This document shows, in pieces, positions 29,141 through 37,724 of a stretch of 55,787 nucleotides of DNA (positions are counted from its first letter, which is position 1; every line of letters starts with the position of its first letter). The DNA is from Roseovarius sp. GTDB lineage: Bacteria; Pseudomonadota; Alphaproteobacteria; Rhodobacterales; Rhodobacteraceae. The stretch is taken from assembly GCF_018066915.1 (NCBI RefSeq), contig NZ_JAGPVV010000347.1, forward strand, positions 1-55,787, in the 5' to 3' direction. Made by a program: the position numbers and the translations under genes. The notes beneath the pieces are model-generated. The model searched no databases and was not told the DNA's origin. It saw nothing but the letters and a program-made list of their open reading frames with translations.

Positions 29141-30481
29141 TTACGCCCGTTCGTCCTCTGTCGGCAACAGGATGGACGCCTGAAAGCCCGATTTCGCCCC
29201 CGGACGCGGGGACTCAAGAACAAGCGGGCTCTCGATCCGATCCGCAATGGCGGCCACAATGGCAAGACCCAGACCGCTACCCTCCGCCCCCACATTCGCC
29301 CGTTCAAACCGCACCGTCAGCCGATCCAGCCTGTCACGCGGCAGCACCGGCCCTTCGTTCGCCACAACCAGCCGCCCCCCTGGCGTCAGCGTGACCTCGA
29401 CCGGAGCCGTGTCTGCCCCATGCCGGAGGGCGTTTTCCACAAGATTTCGGCACAAAATCGCGAAAGCATCGGGATCAATATCCGACAAGACCGCCGTTTC
29501 CGGCAGCGTCAACACGATCCGCCCCGGCGCGGCCCCGCGCGCCAGATCATCCACCACCACACGCGCGATGGCCCTCAGATCGGCGCTATGGTCCATCCGC
29601 AGCCGCCCACCTTCGGCGCGCGCAAGTTGCATCAGGCGTTCAGAAAACCGGGTCAGGCGCTTGAGCGTCGTCTCGATTTCGGCCGCACGCGCCTTGGTGG
29701 CCGGGTCCTGCGTCTCGGACCCGAGGCGCTGCGCTTGCGCGATGGCCCCAGCCAGTGGCGTCCTCAGCTCATGCGCCGCGTTCGCCGCAAAGCTGCGCTC
29801 GGCCTCGAATGCATCGCGCAATCTGGACAACAGACTATTCAAGGTGGCAGCGAGCGGGGCGATTTCCGTGGGCAGATCGTCGCCGGGAACCTCCGAGAGG
29901 TCACGGGCACCGCGCGCCTCAAGTCTGGTGCGGAACCGGCGCAGCGGGGCGAGGCTGAAGCGGACGGCCAAGATGATGGCCCCTAGGGCCAGAGGCAGCA
30001 CGATCAGGAGTGGCAGGCCGAGGCCCATCTGGATTTCCCGCGCAACAGAGGCACGATGCGCCAGCGGTTCGGCCACGGTGATGCGGATCGTTCCCTGAAG
30101 AGCGGCGTCACTGTAATAGCGATGGCTGGCGGTTTCGACAAACCCCGGCCCCTCCCATGGCGGGAACATGGCCACATCGGCGGCATGAGATTGCAGCAGG
30201 ATACGCCCCTCGGCATCGCGCACGAGATAGGTAAAGAACTCGTCATGCGCGCGGATCGGGGCCAGCCGCTGCGTCACGCCTTGATCCTCGCGCCCGACAA
30301 TGTCGGTCACGGCCAATGGCAGGATGCGTTCTGCGGTCTCGCGCAGCGCGCTGTCGAACACCTCGTCCATCTCGCTCCGGACGATCACGGCCGTGACCGA
30401 GGCGGCCAACAGCCACAGGACCGTGAGCACGAGGCCAAGCGTAAGGCCAAGCCGTGCCTGAAGGCTGGCGCGCCACCTCAT
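29141..30481 (-). CDS. Sensor histidine kinase (QseC-like)
   Basis: Two TM segments, FAANAAHELRTPL H-box, NLVENALRHG, GSGLGLAIV. Confidence 0.93.
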   Translation of the reverse strand: MRWRASLQARLGLTLGLVLTVLWLLAASVTAVIVRSEMDEVFDSALRETAERILPLAVTDIVGREDQGVTQRLAPIRAHDEFFTYLVRDAEGRILLQSHAADVAMFPPWEGPGFVETASHRYYSDAALQGTIRITVAEPLAHRASVAREIQMGLGLPLLIVLPLALGAIILAVRFSLAPLRRFRTRLEARGARDLSEVPGDDLPTEIAPLAATLNSLLSRLRDAFEAERSFAANAAHELRTPLAGAIAQAQRLGSETQDPATKARAAEIETTLKRLTRFSERLMQLARAEGGRLRMDHSADLRAIARVVVDDLARGAAPGRIVLTLPETAVLSDIDPDAFAILCRNLVENALRHGADTAPVEVTLTPGGRLVVANEGPVLPRDRLDRLTVRFERANVGAEGSGLGLAIVAAIADRIESPLVLESPRPGAKSGFQASILLPTEDERA

Positions 30482-31137
30482 GCTTTGCCCAAGCGGTAGC
30501 CCATGCCGCGCTCTGTCTCGATGATGGCGGAACCCAGTTTCTTGCGCAGGCGGCTGACATGGACCTCGATGGTGTTGCTCTCGATTTCAGCGTCGAAGCT
30601 ATAGAGCTTTTCTTCCAGTTGCGCCTTGGACAAGAGCTGACCGGGCCGCGCAAGCAGGGCTTCGAACAGCGCCCATTCCCGCGCGGTCAGCGGGACCGGC
30701 TTGCCATCGCGATGCACGCTGCGCGCCGCAAGGTCGATGTCGAGCGGACCATGGCTGATGATCGGGTTTGGGTTGCCGCTGTAGCGCCGCGCGACGGACC
30801 CGATGCGCGCGGACAGTTCGGCCAGATCAAAGGGTTTCACCAGATAATCGTCGGCCCCCGCGTTCAGCCCTTCGATCCGGTCAGAAATCTGGTCGAGCGC
30901 GGTCAGGATGATGACCGGCGTCACGTCACCCCGCGCGCGCAAACTCTTGAGAAACCCGATGCCGCGCCCATCGGGCAGCATCAGGTCAAGCAGGATAAGG
31001 TCATAGGCCGCGCTGCGCTGTGCGTCGTGCGCGGCATCAAGGCGCGTGACCCAATCGACCGACTGGCCATCGCCTGCGATCTGGTCGCGCACTGCGGCAC
31101 CCAGAACCGTGTCGTCTTCGATCAACAGGATGCGCAT
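30478..31137 (-). CDS. OmpR-family response regulator (QseB-like)
   Basis: LLIEDD, LLDLMLPDG, GADDYLVKPF, winged helix VHVSRLRKKL...RGMGY. Confidence 0.95.
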   Translation of the reverse strand: MRILLIEDDTVLGAAVRDQIAGDGQSVDWVTRLDAAHDAQRSAAYDLILLDLMLPDGRGIGFLKSLRARGDVTPVIILTALDQISDRIEGLNAGADDYLVKPFDLAELSARIGSVARRYSGNPNPIISHGPLDIDLAARSVHRDGKPVPLTAREWALFEALLARPGQLLSKAQLEEKLYSFDAEIESNTIEVHVSRLRKKLGSAIIETERGMGYRLGKA

Positions 31138-31179
31138 TGTTTGTCCCCCATTCCGGCCAGTGTTCTTTCATCGGCCCGT

Positions 31180-31228
31180 CTTACGCAAGGCTGACGGTTT
31201 CAGGGCAAGCGTGTCAGCTTGGCGTAAG
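31180..31228. promoter_or_regulatory. 49-bp operator copy 1 (tandem repeat, 15 bp, inverted tandem repeat)
   Basis: CTTACG-CAAGG-CTGACG-N15-TGTCAG-CTTGG-CGTAAG. Confidence 0.7.
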
Positions 31229-31299
31229 CTTTGATGTTTGGTCTGCGTCGGTCCGTCTCCGGTCTCTGACCCAGGATGAACAGTGGCTGCAATTTAGGG

Positions 31300-31313
31300 C
31301 TGACTTGGATCAA
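31300..31313 (+). promoter_or_regulatory. FNR-like box upstream of the EB_dh gene
   Basis: CTGAC-TTGG-ATCAA, 8/10 match to TTGAT-N4-ATCAA, about 80 bp before ATG 31391. Confidence 0.45.
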
Positions 31314-31390
31314 GGACCTGCCCGCGTGACACGTATATGCCGTTTCGAGCCGGGTTGAGAAGCGGTCCCCGGATATGAGAGGAACAAATA

Positions 31391-32764
31391 ATGAACAAAT
31401 ACACCTTACCGGTGGCCTCAGTGCTATTCCTCGGAGGGTTGCTCATAAGCTGGGTGACACATGGGACTGGCGTTGTGGTCAATGATCCGGAGCGCAATAT
31501 CAGTATCCCCGAAACGCTGACCGTGCCCCTGCAGGTGCAGGCGGCCTACAACGATGACAGGATGTTCTTTCGCTATCGCTGGCCTGCGGAGAGTCCCGGC
31601 ATTTTTCACGATGTTCTGGTTTATCAGGATGGCGAATGGCAGGTTCGTGGCAACGCTGTTCCGGGGTCCAACCCTGACGGGCTGCACGAAGACCGCGTGG
31701 CGATGATGCTTGACGATGGATCGGTGCCGGAATTCGGGCGCTATGGCGGGTATATCACGATCGGGGCCGGCTTGGCCGGACTGACCGATGAGGCCTCCGA
31801 GGAGGTCACGAAATACCTGCCTGCGACGCGCAACCGCTTGGGCGCATGGGATGACATGGCCCCCGAGGATGTCCAGGCACGGCTGCGCGCGGCCGGATAT
31901 TTCCTTGATCTTTGGCACTGGCGGGGTGGGCGGTCAAATCCGCTGGGCTACGCTGATGACCAGAATATCGGTGCCGGGCGTGATGGCGATGATGGCAAGT
32001 CCGCGTATTCGACCAATTGGGACAAGGAGATATCGCAACCCAAGGTGATGTTTGATTCAGGCAGAACAGGCTATGCCGCCTTGCGCTGGGAGGACATGAT
32101 GGCGGGCCGGATCACGCAGGAACAGGCCTATGCGCTGACACCCAACGTTTCAGTGCCGTTCGACCCCGAGCGCACATGGCAGAACGGTGACGTGATCCCG
32201 AGACGCATCCTTAACCTGCCCGACGGATCGCGGGCCGACATCACAGCGCCCGGAAAGGGCCGTTGGTCCGATGGCTATTGGGACGTCACGCTGTCGCGCG
32301 CGCTGGATACTGGCGCACCGCAGGATGACAAGATCCTGCATGATCTGGGGGTCTATGATGTGGCCTTTGCGATCCACCGCAACGCGACTGGCGGGCGTTG
32401 GCACTATGTATCGTTGCCACAGAGTCTGGGTCTGGACCGCGAGGCCGATATCAAGGCCGTGCGCTTTGCCGGAAGTCAACCGCAATGGGGTGACGCCTGG
32501 ACCGACATCACTCTCTTTTACCCCGGACAGGTGACTTGGCCGTTGCTCAATTCCGGTGCCCACGCAGGCGCAGAGCGCATCGCCGAAGGCGTGCCGGTCC
32601 GGTTTCGTCATACCCCGGAACAGTTGAGCAACTACGGCATCGAGGTCGAATTCAACGATCAGATCCGGCGGCAATGGGGGCTGACCATTCTGGCGGGCCT
32701 TGTGCTGATCGCGGGGTTCGGCGTCGCCTTGAACCGATCCATCTCTGCCACGAAAGGAGCCTGA
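31391..32764 (+). CDS. Ethylbenzene dehydrogenase-related (EB_dh, heme-b binding DOMON-like) membrane-anchored protein
   Basis: N- and C-terminal TM segments; V.AAYN...MFFRYRWP, HEDRVAMM, DLWHWR, W.VTLSR.L, FAIH, RWHYVS; RBS GAGGA. Confidence 0.8.
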   Translation: MNKYTLPVASVLFLGGLLISWVTHGTGVVVNDPERNISIPETLTVPLQVQAAYNDDRMFFRYRWPAESPGIFHDVLVYQDGEWQVRGNAVPGSNPDGLHEDRVAMMLDDGSVPEFGRYGGYITIGAGLAGLTDEASEEVTKYLPATRNRLGAWDDMAPEDVQARLRAAGYFLDLWHWRGGRSNPLGYADDQNIGAGRDGDDGKSAYSTNWDKEISQPKVMFDSGRTGYAALRWEDMMAGRITQEQAYALTPNVSVPFDPERTWQNGDVIPRRILNLPDGSRADITAPGKGRWSDGYWDVTLSRALDTGAPQDDKILHDLGVYDVAFAIHRNATGGRWHYVSLPQSLGLDREADIKAVRFAGSQPQWGDAWTDITLFYPGQVTWPLLNSGAHAGAERIAEGVPVRFRHTPEQLSNYGIEVEFNDQIRRQWGLTILAGLVLIAGFGVALNRSISATKGA

Positions 32765-32766
32765 AA

Positions 32767-33321
32767 ATGGCCGCATATCATGTTGTTCTTGTTCACTTTC
32801 CAACGGCTCTGTGGCTGGCATCGGCGTTATTGATCTTTTTGCGGGTCATCAACGACGGGTCGGTGGGGCAGGCGGCGGATCGCGCCTTGCCGGTGTTTCT
32901 GGTGCTGGGTGTGCTGTTCGGTGCCGTGACCTATGGTGTCGGGCTGATGGTCTGGGACTGGCAGGCGCTCTCGTCTAGTCCCATGGGGCGCAACCATATG
33001 CTGACGGCAAGCTGGTCGCTGGCCTATTTCACCCTGCTGGCGATCACCCGCCTGATGCAAGGCGATGCGCTCTGGCATGGGGTGCCTCGCTTTGTGATGC
33101 TTGTTCTGTCCGGTGTGGGCGTCGTTCTTGTCGGGGTCACTGGCACGCTCGGTGGGCATCTGATCGGGGTCTATACCGAGGTCGGGCAAATATTGCGCGC
33201 CCTCGGGTGGGAAATATATTCCACCTATTATGTGCCCAATCTCACGGTCGGCTTGCTGATCGTGCTTGGGATTGTCATGACCCTGCTTGGTGTGATGGCC
33301 GGTCGCAAGGGCTCGGCCTGA
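32767..33321 (+). CDS. DUF2231-like multi-TM membrane protein (possible heme b)
   Basis: H..LVHFP N-terminal motif, central His, GTLGGHL; RBS AAGGAG. Confidence 0.65.
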   Translation: MAAYHVVLVHFPTALWLASALLIFLRVINDGSVGQAADRALPVFLVLGVLFGAVTYGVGLMVWDWQALSSSPMGRNHMLTASWSLAYFTLLAITRLMQGDALWHGVPRFVMLVLSGVGVVLVGVTGTLGGHLIGVYTEVGQILRALGWEIYSTYYVPNLTVGLLIVLGIVMTLLGVMAGRKGSA

Positions 33322-33370
33322 TCCGCGCCGAAGGGCCGCCTTGTCGGGTGGCCCTCTATCCAAACCGAGG

Positions 33371-33419
33371 CTGAAGGTAATCTGACGCACAAAGCCGCCT
33401 GCCTTCAGCCTGCCGTCAG
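33371..33419. promoter_or_regulatory. 49-bp operator copy 2
   Basis: CTGAAG-GTAAT-CTGACG-N15-CTTCAG-CCTGC-CGTCAG. Confidence 0.7.
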
Positions 33420-33470
33420 CTTCGCCGCGCATATCTTGCCCCAAGAGTCGTGCCACGAGGAGTTTGGCCC

Positions 33471-33791
33471 ATGAAGAAGACAGTGACAATTCTCGGATTT
33501 CTCGCGGTCTTTCCGGCCGGTGCTGCATTGGCGGAGGATGACTGCTTTGTGCCGATGGCCGATTGGCAGCCGCGCGATGCTGTCGCCCGACTGGCCGAAG
33601 AGAACGGCTGGGCCGTGCGCCGCATCAAGATCGACGATGGCTGCTATGAGATTGACGGTCGCGATGCCAATGGCCGCCGGATCGAAGTGACGGTCCATCC
33701 CGCGACGCTTGAGGTGATTGAGATCGAATACGAGGACGAAGACGACGATGCGCGCCGCAGCCGTGATCGCGAAGGAGAGAAAAATGACTGA
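33471..33791 (+). CDS. Small periplasmic PepSY domain protein
   Basis: Signal peptide, C.VPMADWQPR, RIKIDDGCYEI, VHPATLE; RBS GAGGAG. Confidence 0.88.
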   Translation: MKKTVTILGFLAVFPAGAALAEDDCFVPMADWQPRDAVARLAEENGWAVRRIKIDDGCYEIDGRDANGRRIEVTVHPATLEVIEIEYEDEDDDARRSRDREGEKND

Positions 33792-34440
33792 AGCCAACGC
33801 TCACCCTACATTCCAACCGGACGCCGGGACAAAACCTGTGGTCCGGGTCTGGGACCCTCTGATCCGGGTCTTCCATTGGAGCCTTGTCGCCGCCTTTGTG
33901 GTGGCCTGGCTGAGTGCCGAAGAGCTTGACACGGTTCACGAGGTCGCGGGCTATGTCGTCGCCGGTCTGGTGGCCTTTCGCCTCATCTGGGGCCTTGTCG
34001 GTAGCCGGCATGCCCGGTTCTCTCAATTCCTGAAAGGTCCGCGCGCGGTCATGTCCTATCTTGGCGATATGGCACGCGGCAAGGAGCGGCGCTATCTTGG
34101 CCATAATCCCGCGGGCGCGGCCATGATCGTGGCGCTGCTGGTGACGCTCTCGGGCACCGCCTTGACGGGTTGGCTGATGGCAGAGCCGGACCGTCTCGCA
34201 CTCCTGCCTGACATGCCGCAGATCGTAGCACCCGCCTGGGCCGATGACGATGGCGGCGCAGAGAGCGGGGCCGAAGGCGTGCTGGAAGAGGTCCATGAAA
34301 CACTGGCCAATCTGATGCTTCTGCTCGTGGCCTTGCATGTGGGTGGCGTTGTGCTGGCCTCGTTCCGGCATCACGAAAACCTCGCCCGCGCCATGGTCAC
34401 GGGTGACAAACGCGCGCCCGCACCCGGCGACATAGGCTGA
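33784..34440 (+). CDS. Cytochrome b/b6 (Ni/Fe-hydrogenase cytochrome b-like) protein
   Basis: VWDPLIRVFHW, GHNPAG, EEVHE, LHVGGV, ENLARAMVTG. Confidence 0.92.
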   Translation: MTEANAHPTFQPDAGTKPVVRVWDPLIRVFHWSLVAAFVVAWLSAEELDTVHEVAGYVVAGLVAFRLIWGLVGSRHARFSQFLKGPRAVMSYLGDMARGKERRYLGHNPAGAAMIVALLVTLSGTALTGWLMAEPDRLALLPDMPQIVAPAWADDDGGAESGAEGVLEEVHETLANLMLLLVALHVGGVVLASFRHHENLARAMVTGDKRAPAPGDIG

Positions 34441-34482
34441 TCGTTGCGAATCCTTGGCCGATCATGCCCCAGGCCCGATTTG

Positions 34483-34511
34483 GCCCCGCTGTAGAAAGGC
34501 GGGGCTTTTTC
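34483..34511 (+). terminator. Rho-independent terminator
   Basis: GCCCCGC-loop-GCGGGGC followed by TTTTT after the cytochrome b gene. Confidence 0.75.
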
Positions 34512-34515
34512 ATTC

Positions 34516-34564
34516 CTGACGCCAAGCTGAAGCAGGAATCACCGCTGCGTCAGGGTTTCCTCAG
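34516..34564. promoter_or_regulatory. 49-bp operator copy 3
   Basis: CTGACG-CCAAG-CTGAAG-N15-CGTCAG-GGTTT-CCTCAG. Confidence 0.7.
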
Positions 34565-34609
34565 GTCCACCCCCGAGATTGGGCGCAGCAGACGAAAGGA
34601 GACCCTGCC

Positions 34610-34960
34610 ATGAAAAAGACCCTGACGCTTCTCGTCGCCTCGACCGCGCTGACCGCTGCCATTGGCGTTCCCGCCTGGAGTGCGATGCACGTGCCTGAGA
34701 GTGAAGGCCTTCGGTCCCTCGCCGCGCTCGTCGATGAGGGGCACCAAGAGCTGCCGCTCGTGCTCGTGAGTGGCGATGACGATGACAATGACGACCGTGA
34801 TGACGACGATGACGATGACGAAGAAGAAGATGAGGAAGAAGAAGATGAGGACGACGATGATCGCGGGGGTGCGCGCAATCCCGCGCCCGCCGGTACCGTC
34901 GCCCCGCCACAGAACGGCCTCTTTGGCACCGGCACCCCGCCACAGGTCAAGGTGAACTGA
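34610..34960 (+). CDS. Secreted hypothetical protein with poly-Asp/Glu tract
   Basis: Signal peptide, acidic run, C-terminal PAPAGTVAPPQNGLF; RBS AAGGAG. Confidence 0.8.
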   Translation: MKKTLTLLVASTALTAAIGVPAWSAMHVPESEGLRSLAALVDEGHQELPLVLVSGDDDDNDDRDDDDDDDEEEDEEEEDEDDDDRGGARNPAPAGTVAPPQNGLFGTGTPPQVKVN

Positions 34961-35036
34961 TCCACGCGGCGGCGCGGCGGATGCTGCTGCGCCGCACGTT
35001 CAACGCGACAACGCTCCCGCAACAAGGAAACTTCCC

Positions 35037-35507
35037 ATGAAATCGCATCTCGCAACGCTTACGCTCGCCACCGCTCTGGCGCTTCCCGGCTTTGCCATGG
35101 CCCGCCCCGTGACGCTGACCACCGCTCTGACCAATTATGGTGGCGACGGCGCCTATATCGCGCTCTATGTCACCGACGCCTCTGGCGCTTATGCCGGTAG
35201 CCTGTGGATGGCGGGCGGAAAATCAAAGTATTACAAGCATCTGAGCGACTGGCATCGTGCCACGGGCGGAGACACGGCGCAGGTCAACGGCATCACTGGT
35301 GCCAGTGTCGGCGCGGGCCGAACGCTCGAAATCACGCTTGATCTGGCCGATGCGCTCTTTGATGCGGGCTACACGCTCCATATCGACGCGGCCGTCGAGG
35401 ATATGCGCGACAGCCCGAATGAGGTGGCCGTGCCCCTCACGACAGCAGGAGCGGGCACACCCGTGCCTGGCCGCCGCTACGTTGCCAGCTTTGCTTACGA
35501 CATGTGA
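35037..35507 (+). CDS. DUF2271 domain protein (predicted FMNylation substrate)
   Basis: Signal peptide, Y.ALYV, KYYKHLSDW, VNGITGAS ([S/T]GA[S/T] flavinylation motif). Confidence 0.85.
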   Translation: MKSHLATLTLATALALPGFAMARPVTLTTALTNYGGDGAYIALYVTDASGAYAGSLWMAGGKSKYYKHLSDWHRATGGDTAQVNGITGASVGAGRTLEITLDLADALFDAGYTLHIDAAVEDMRDSPNEVAVPLTTAGAGTPVPGRRYVASFAYDM

Positions 35508-35516
35508 GGAGGGGCC

Positions 35517-37724
35517 ATGATCCGCGCATTTCACCGTTGGCCGGGTCTACTGGCCCTCGTCCTCGTCACTATCCTCACCCTGAGTGGCACGGCCCTGTCG
35601 GTCTTTCCGGCGGCCGAGCGTCTGACCGCCCCGCAGGCCGAGGCCGGGCTGACGGTTGCCACTCTCGCGGGCCGCATTCAGGCGGCCTATCCGGGCGTCG
35701 AGCAGATCCGGCGCGCGCCCTCGGGGCGGATCACGGCCTATTGGTTCGATCAGGGCGCGCCCGGTGCTGCCGTGATCGACCCTGCCACCGGTCAGGGCGT
35801 GGCCTCGGCCGATCCCAACACGGTTCAGCGCTGGCTCACCAATCTGCACCGCTCGCTTTTGCTTGGGGATACAGGCCGCATCGCCATGGCCCTCGGGGCG
35901 GCGGCGATGCTGGCTCTGTCGCTCTCGGGGGCGCTGTTGCTCGCACGGCGGATGGGCGGCTGGCGGCATTGGTTCGCGCGCGCCCGCGGTCCGCTTGCCG
36001 GTCGTCTGCATGTCGAGATTGGCCGCATTGCCGTGATCGGGCTTGTCCTGTCGTCCATGACGGCCCTCTGGATGACGGCCTCTACCTTTGATCTGCTTCC
36101 GGACACGGGCACCACGCTCGCCCTGCCCGCAGAAGTCAGCGGAAAGACGGGGCTTGCAGTAGACCTGATTCCGGTCCTCGGCCAAACCTCTGTCAGCGCG
36201 CTGCGCGACCTGAGCTTTCCCTTTCCGGGCGATGCGACGGATGCCTTCACACTCCGGACCGATCAAGGCATGGGATATCTCGATCAGGGAAATGGCGCGC
36301 TGCTTGCCTGGGCAGACCTGACCGGGTGGGAGCGTGTCTCCGAAACCATCTATATGTTGCACACCGGGCAAGGCGCGGCGGTGCTGGGGCTGATCCTCGG
36401 GCTTATGGCCCTCGGGGTTCCTGCGATGGGAGTGACGGGTGTGTTGGTCTGGTTGGCCGGGCGGCGCGGGCGGCCACGTATTCGGGGCAATCAGCCTATG
36501 GCGCGCGCCGACACGATCCTGTTGGTTGGCAGCGAAGGGGGCAGCACCTGGGGGTTTGCCGCCACGCTTCATGCGGCGCTGACAGAGGCCGGGCAGAGCG
36601 TGCATGTCGGCCCGATGTCGAGCTTTGCGCCAGAGCGTTATGCTTCGGCGCAACGGATCATCCTGCTTGCCGCGACCTATGGCGATGGGGCGGCACCGGC
36701 CTCGGCCTCGGGGTGTCTTGACCGTCTGAGCGGTTCCAAACACGCGCCTCGCACTCCGCTCGCCGTTCTGGGGTTTGGCGACCGCAGCTTTCCGGCCTAT
36801 TGCGCCTTTGCCAAGGCGGTAGCCCAAGCGTCACAGGCGCATGGGTGGCCCGAACTCTTGCCCTTCGACACCATCGACCGCCAGTCGCCGCAGGACTTTG
36901 CCCGTTGGGGCCGCGCGCTTGGCGAGGTGCTCGGGATTGACCTCGACATGACGCACCAACCCGTGCTGCCCAGAACAGAGACGCTGACCCTCGTGTCGCG
37001 CCGGGACTACGGCGCGGAGGTTCAGGCTCCGACGGCGATCCTGCGCTTTGCCCTGCCGCGTGTCACGCTCTGGCAGCGATTGATCGGGGGCGGATTTGCG
37101 CGCTTTGTGGCGGGTGATCTGATCGGTATCCTCCCCGAGGGCAGCCCCCTGCCAAGGTTCTATTCACTTGCCTCTGCGCGCCGTGACGGGTTTGTCGAGA
37201 TTGTCGTGAAGAAACATCCCGGCGGCCTCTGCTCGGGCCAGCTTGCGGCATTGGTGCCGGGCGACACGGTGCGCACCTTCCTGCGCCCCAATCCCGGGTT
37301 TCATGCCGGTCGGGATCGCGCGCCGCTGATCCTGATTGGTGCTGGTACCGGTATTGGCCCGTTGGCAGGCTTTGTGCGCGGCAATGTGCGTCACCGGCCC
37401 ATTCACCTCTTCTTTGGCATGCGTCATCCCGACAGCGATTTCTTTTACGGCGAGGAAATGCCTCTGTGGCAGGACCAGCGCCGTTTGACCCGGCTGGTCA
37501 CAGCCGCCTCACGCGTCGCGCGACCCCTCTATGTGCAAGACGCGCTGCGCCGTGACGCGAGCGAAGTTGTGCGACTCATTCGCGACGGGGCGAGGGTGAT
37601 GGTCTGTGGTGGGCGCGACATGGCGGCAGGCGTGGCTGATGCGCTGACCGAGATTCTCGCACCGACCGGGCTGACGCCTGCGACACTGAAGGCGGAGGGG
37701 CGGTATGTCGAAGATGTCTATTGA
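35517..37724 (+). CDS. PepSY-TM / flavodoxin / FAD-NAD(P)-binding fusion (sulfite reductase flavoprotein-like)
   Basis: HRWPGL and LH TM motifs, GSEGGSTW and ATYGDG (flavodoxin), RFYSLAS, GGLCS, GAGTGIGP, VCGG, RYVEDVY. Confidence 0.9.
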   Translation: MIRAFHRWPGLLALVLVTILTLSGTALSVFPAAERLTAPQAEAGLTVATLAGRIQAAYPGVEQIRRAPSGRITAYWFDQGAPGAAVIDPATGQGVASADPNTVQRWLTNLHRSLLLGDTGRIAMALGAAAMLALSLSGALLLARRMGGWRHWFARARGPLAGRLHVEIGRIAVIGLVLSSMTALWMTASTFDLLPDTGTTLALPAEVSGKTGLAVDLIPVLGQTSVSALRDLSFPFPGDATDAFTLRTDQGMGYLDQGNGALLAWADLTGWERVSETIYMLHTGQGAAVLGLILGLMALGVPAMGVTGVLVWLAGRRGRPRIRGNQPMARADTILLVGSEGGSTWGFAATLHAALTEAGQSVHVGPMSSFAPERYASAQRIILLAATYGDGAAPASASGCLDRLSGSKHAPRTPLAVLGFGDRSFPAYCAFAKAVAQASQAHGWPELLPFDTIDRQSPQDFARWGRALGEVLGIDLDMTHQPVLPRTETLTLVSRRDYGAEVQAPTAILRFALPRVTLWQRLIGGGFARFVAGDLIGILPEGSPLPRFYSLASARRDGFVEIVVKKHPGGLCSGQLAALVPGDTVRTFLRPNPGFHAGRDRAPLILIGAGTGIGPLAGFVRGNVRHRPIHLFFGMRHPDSDFFYGEEMPLWQDQRRLTRLVTAASRVARPLYVQDALRRDASEVVRLIRDGARVMVCGGRDMAAGVADALTEILAPTGLTPATLKAEGRYVEDVY

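Noticed and set aside
34561-35055. Poly-Ser minus-strand ORF
   Set aside because: Reverse complement of the Asp/Glu tract of the plus-strand gene
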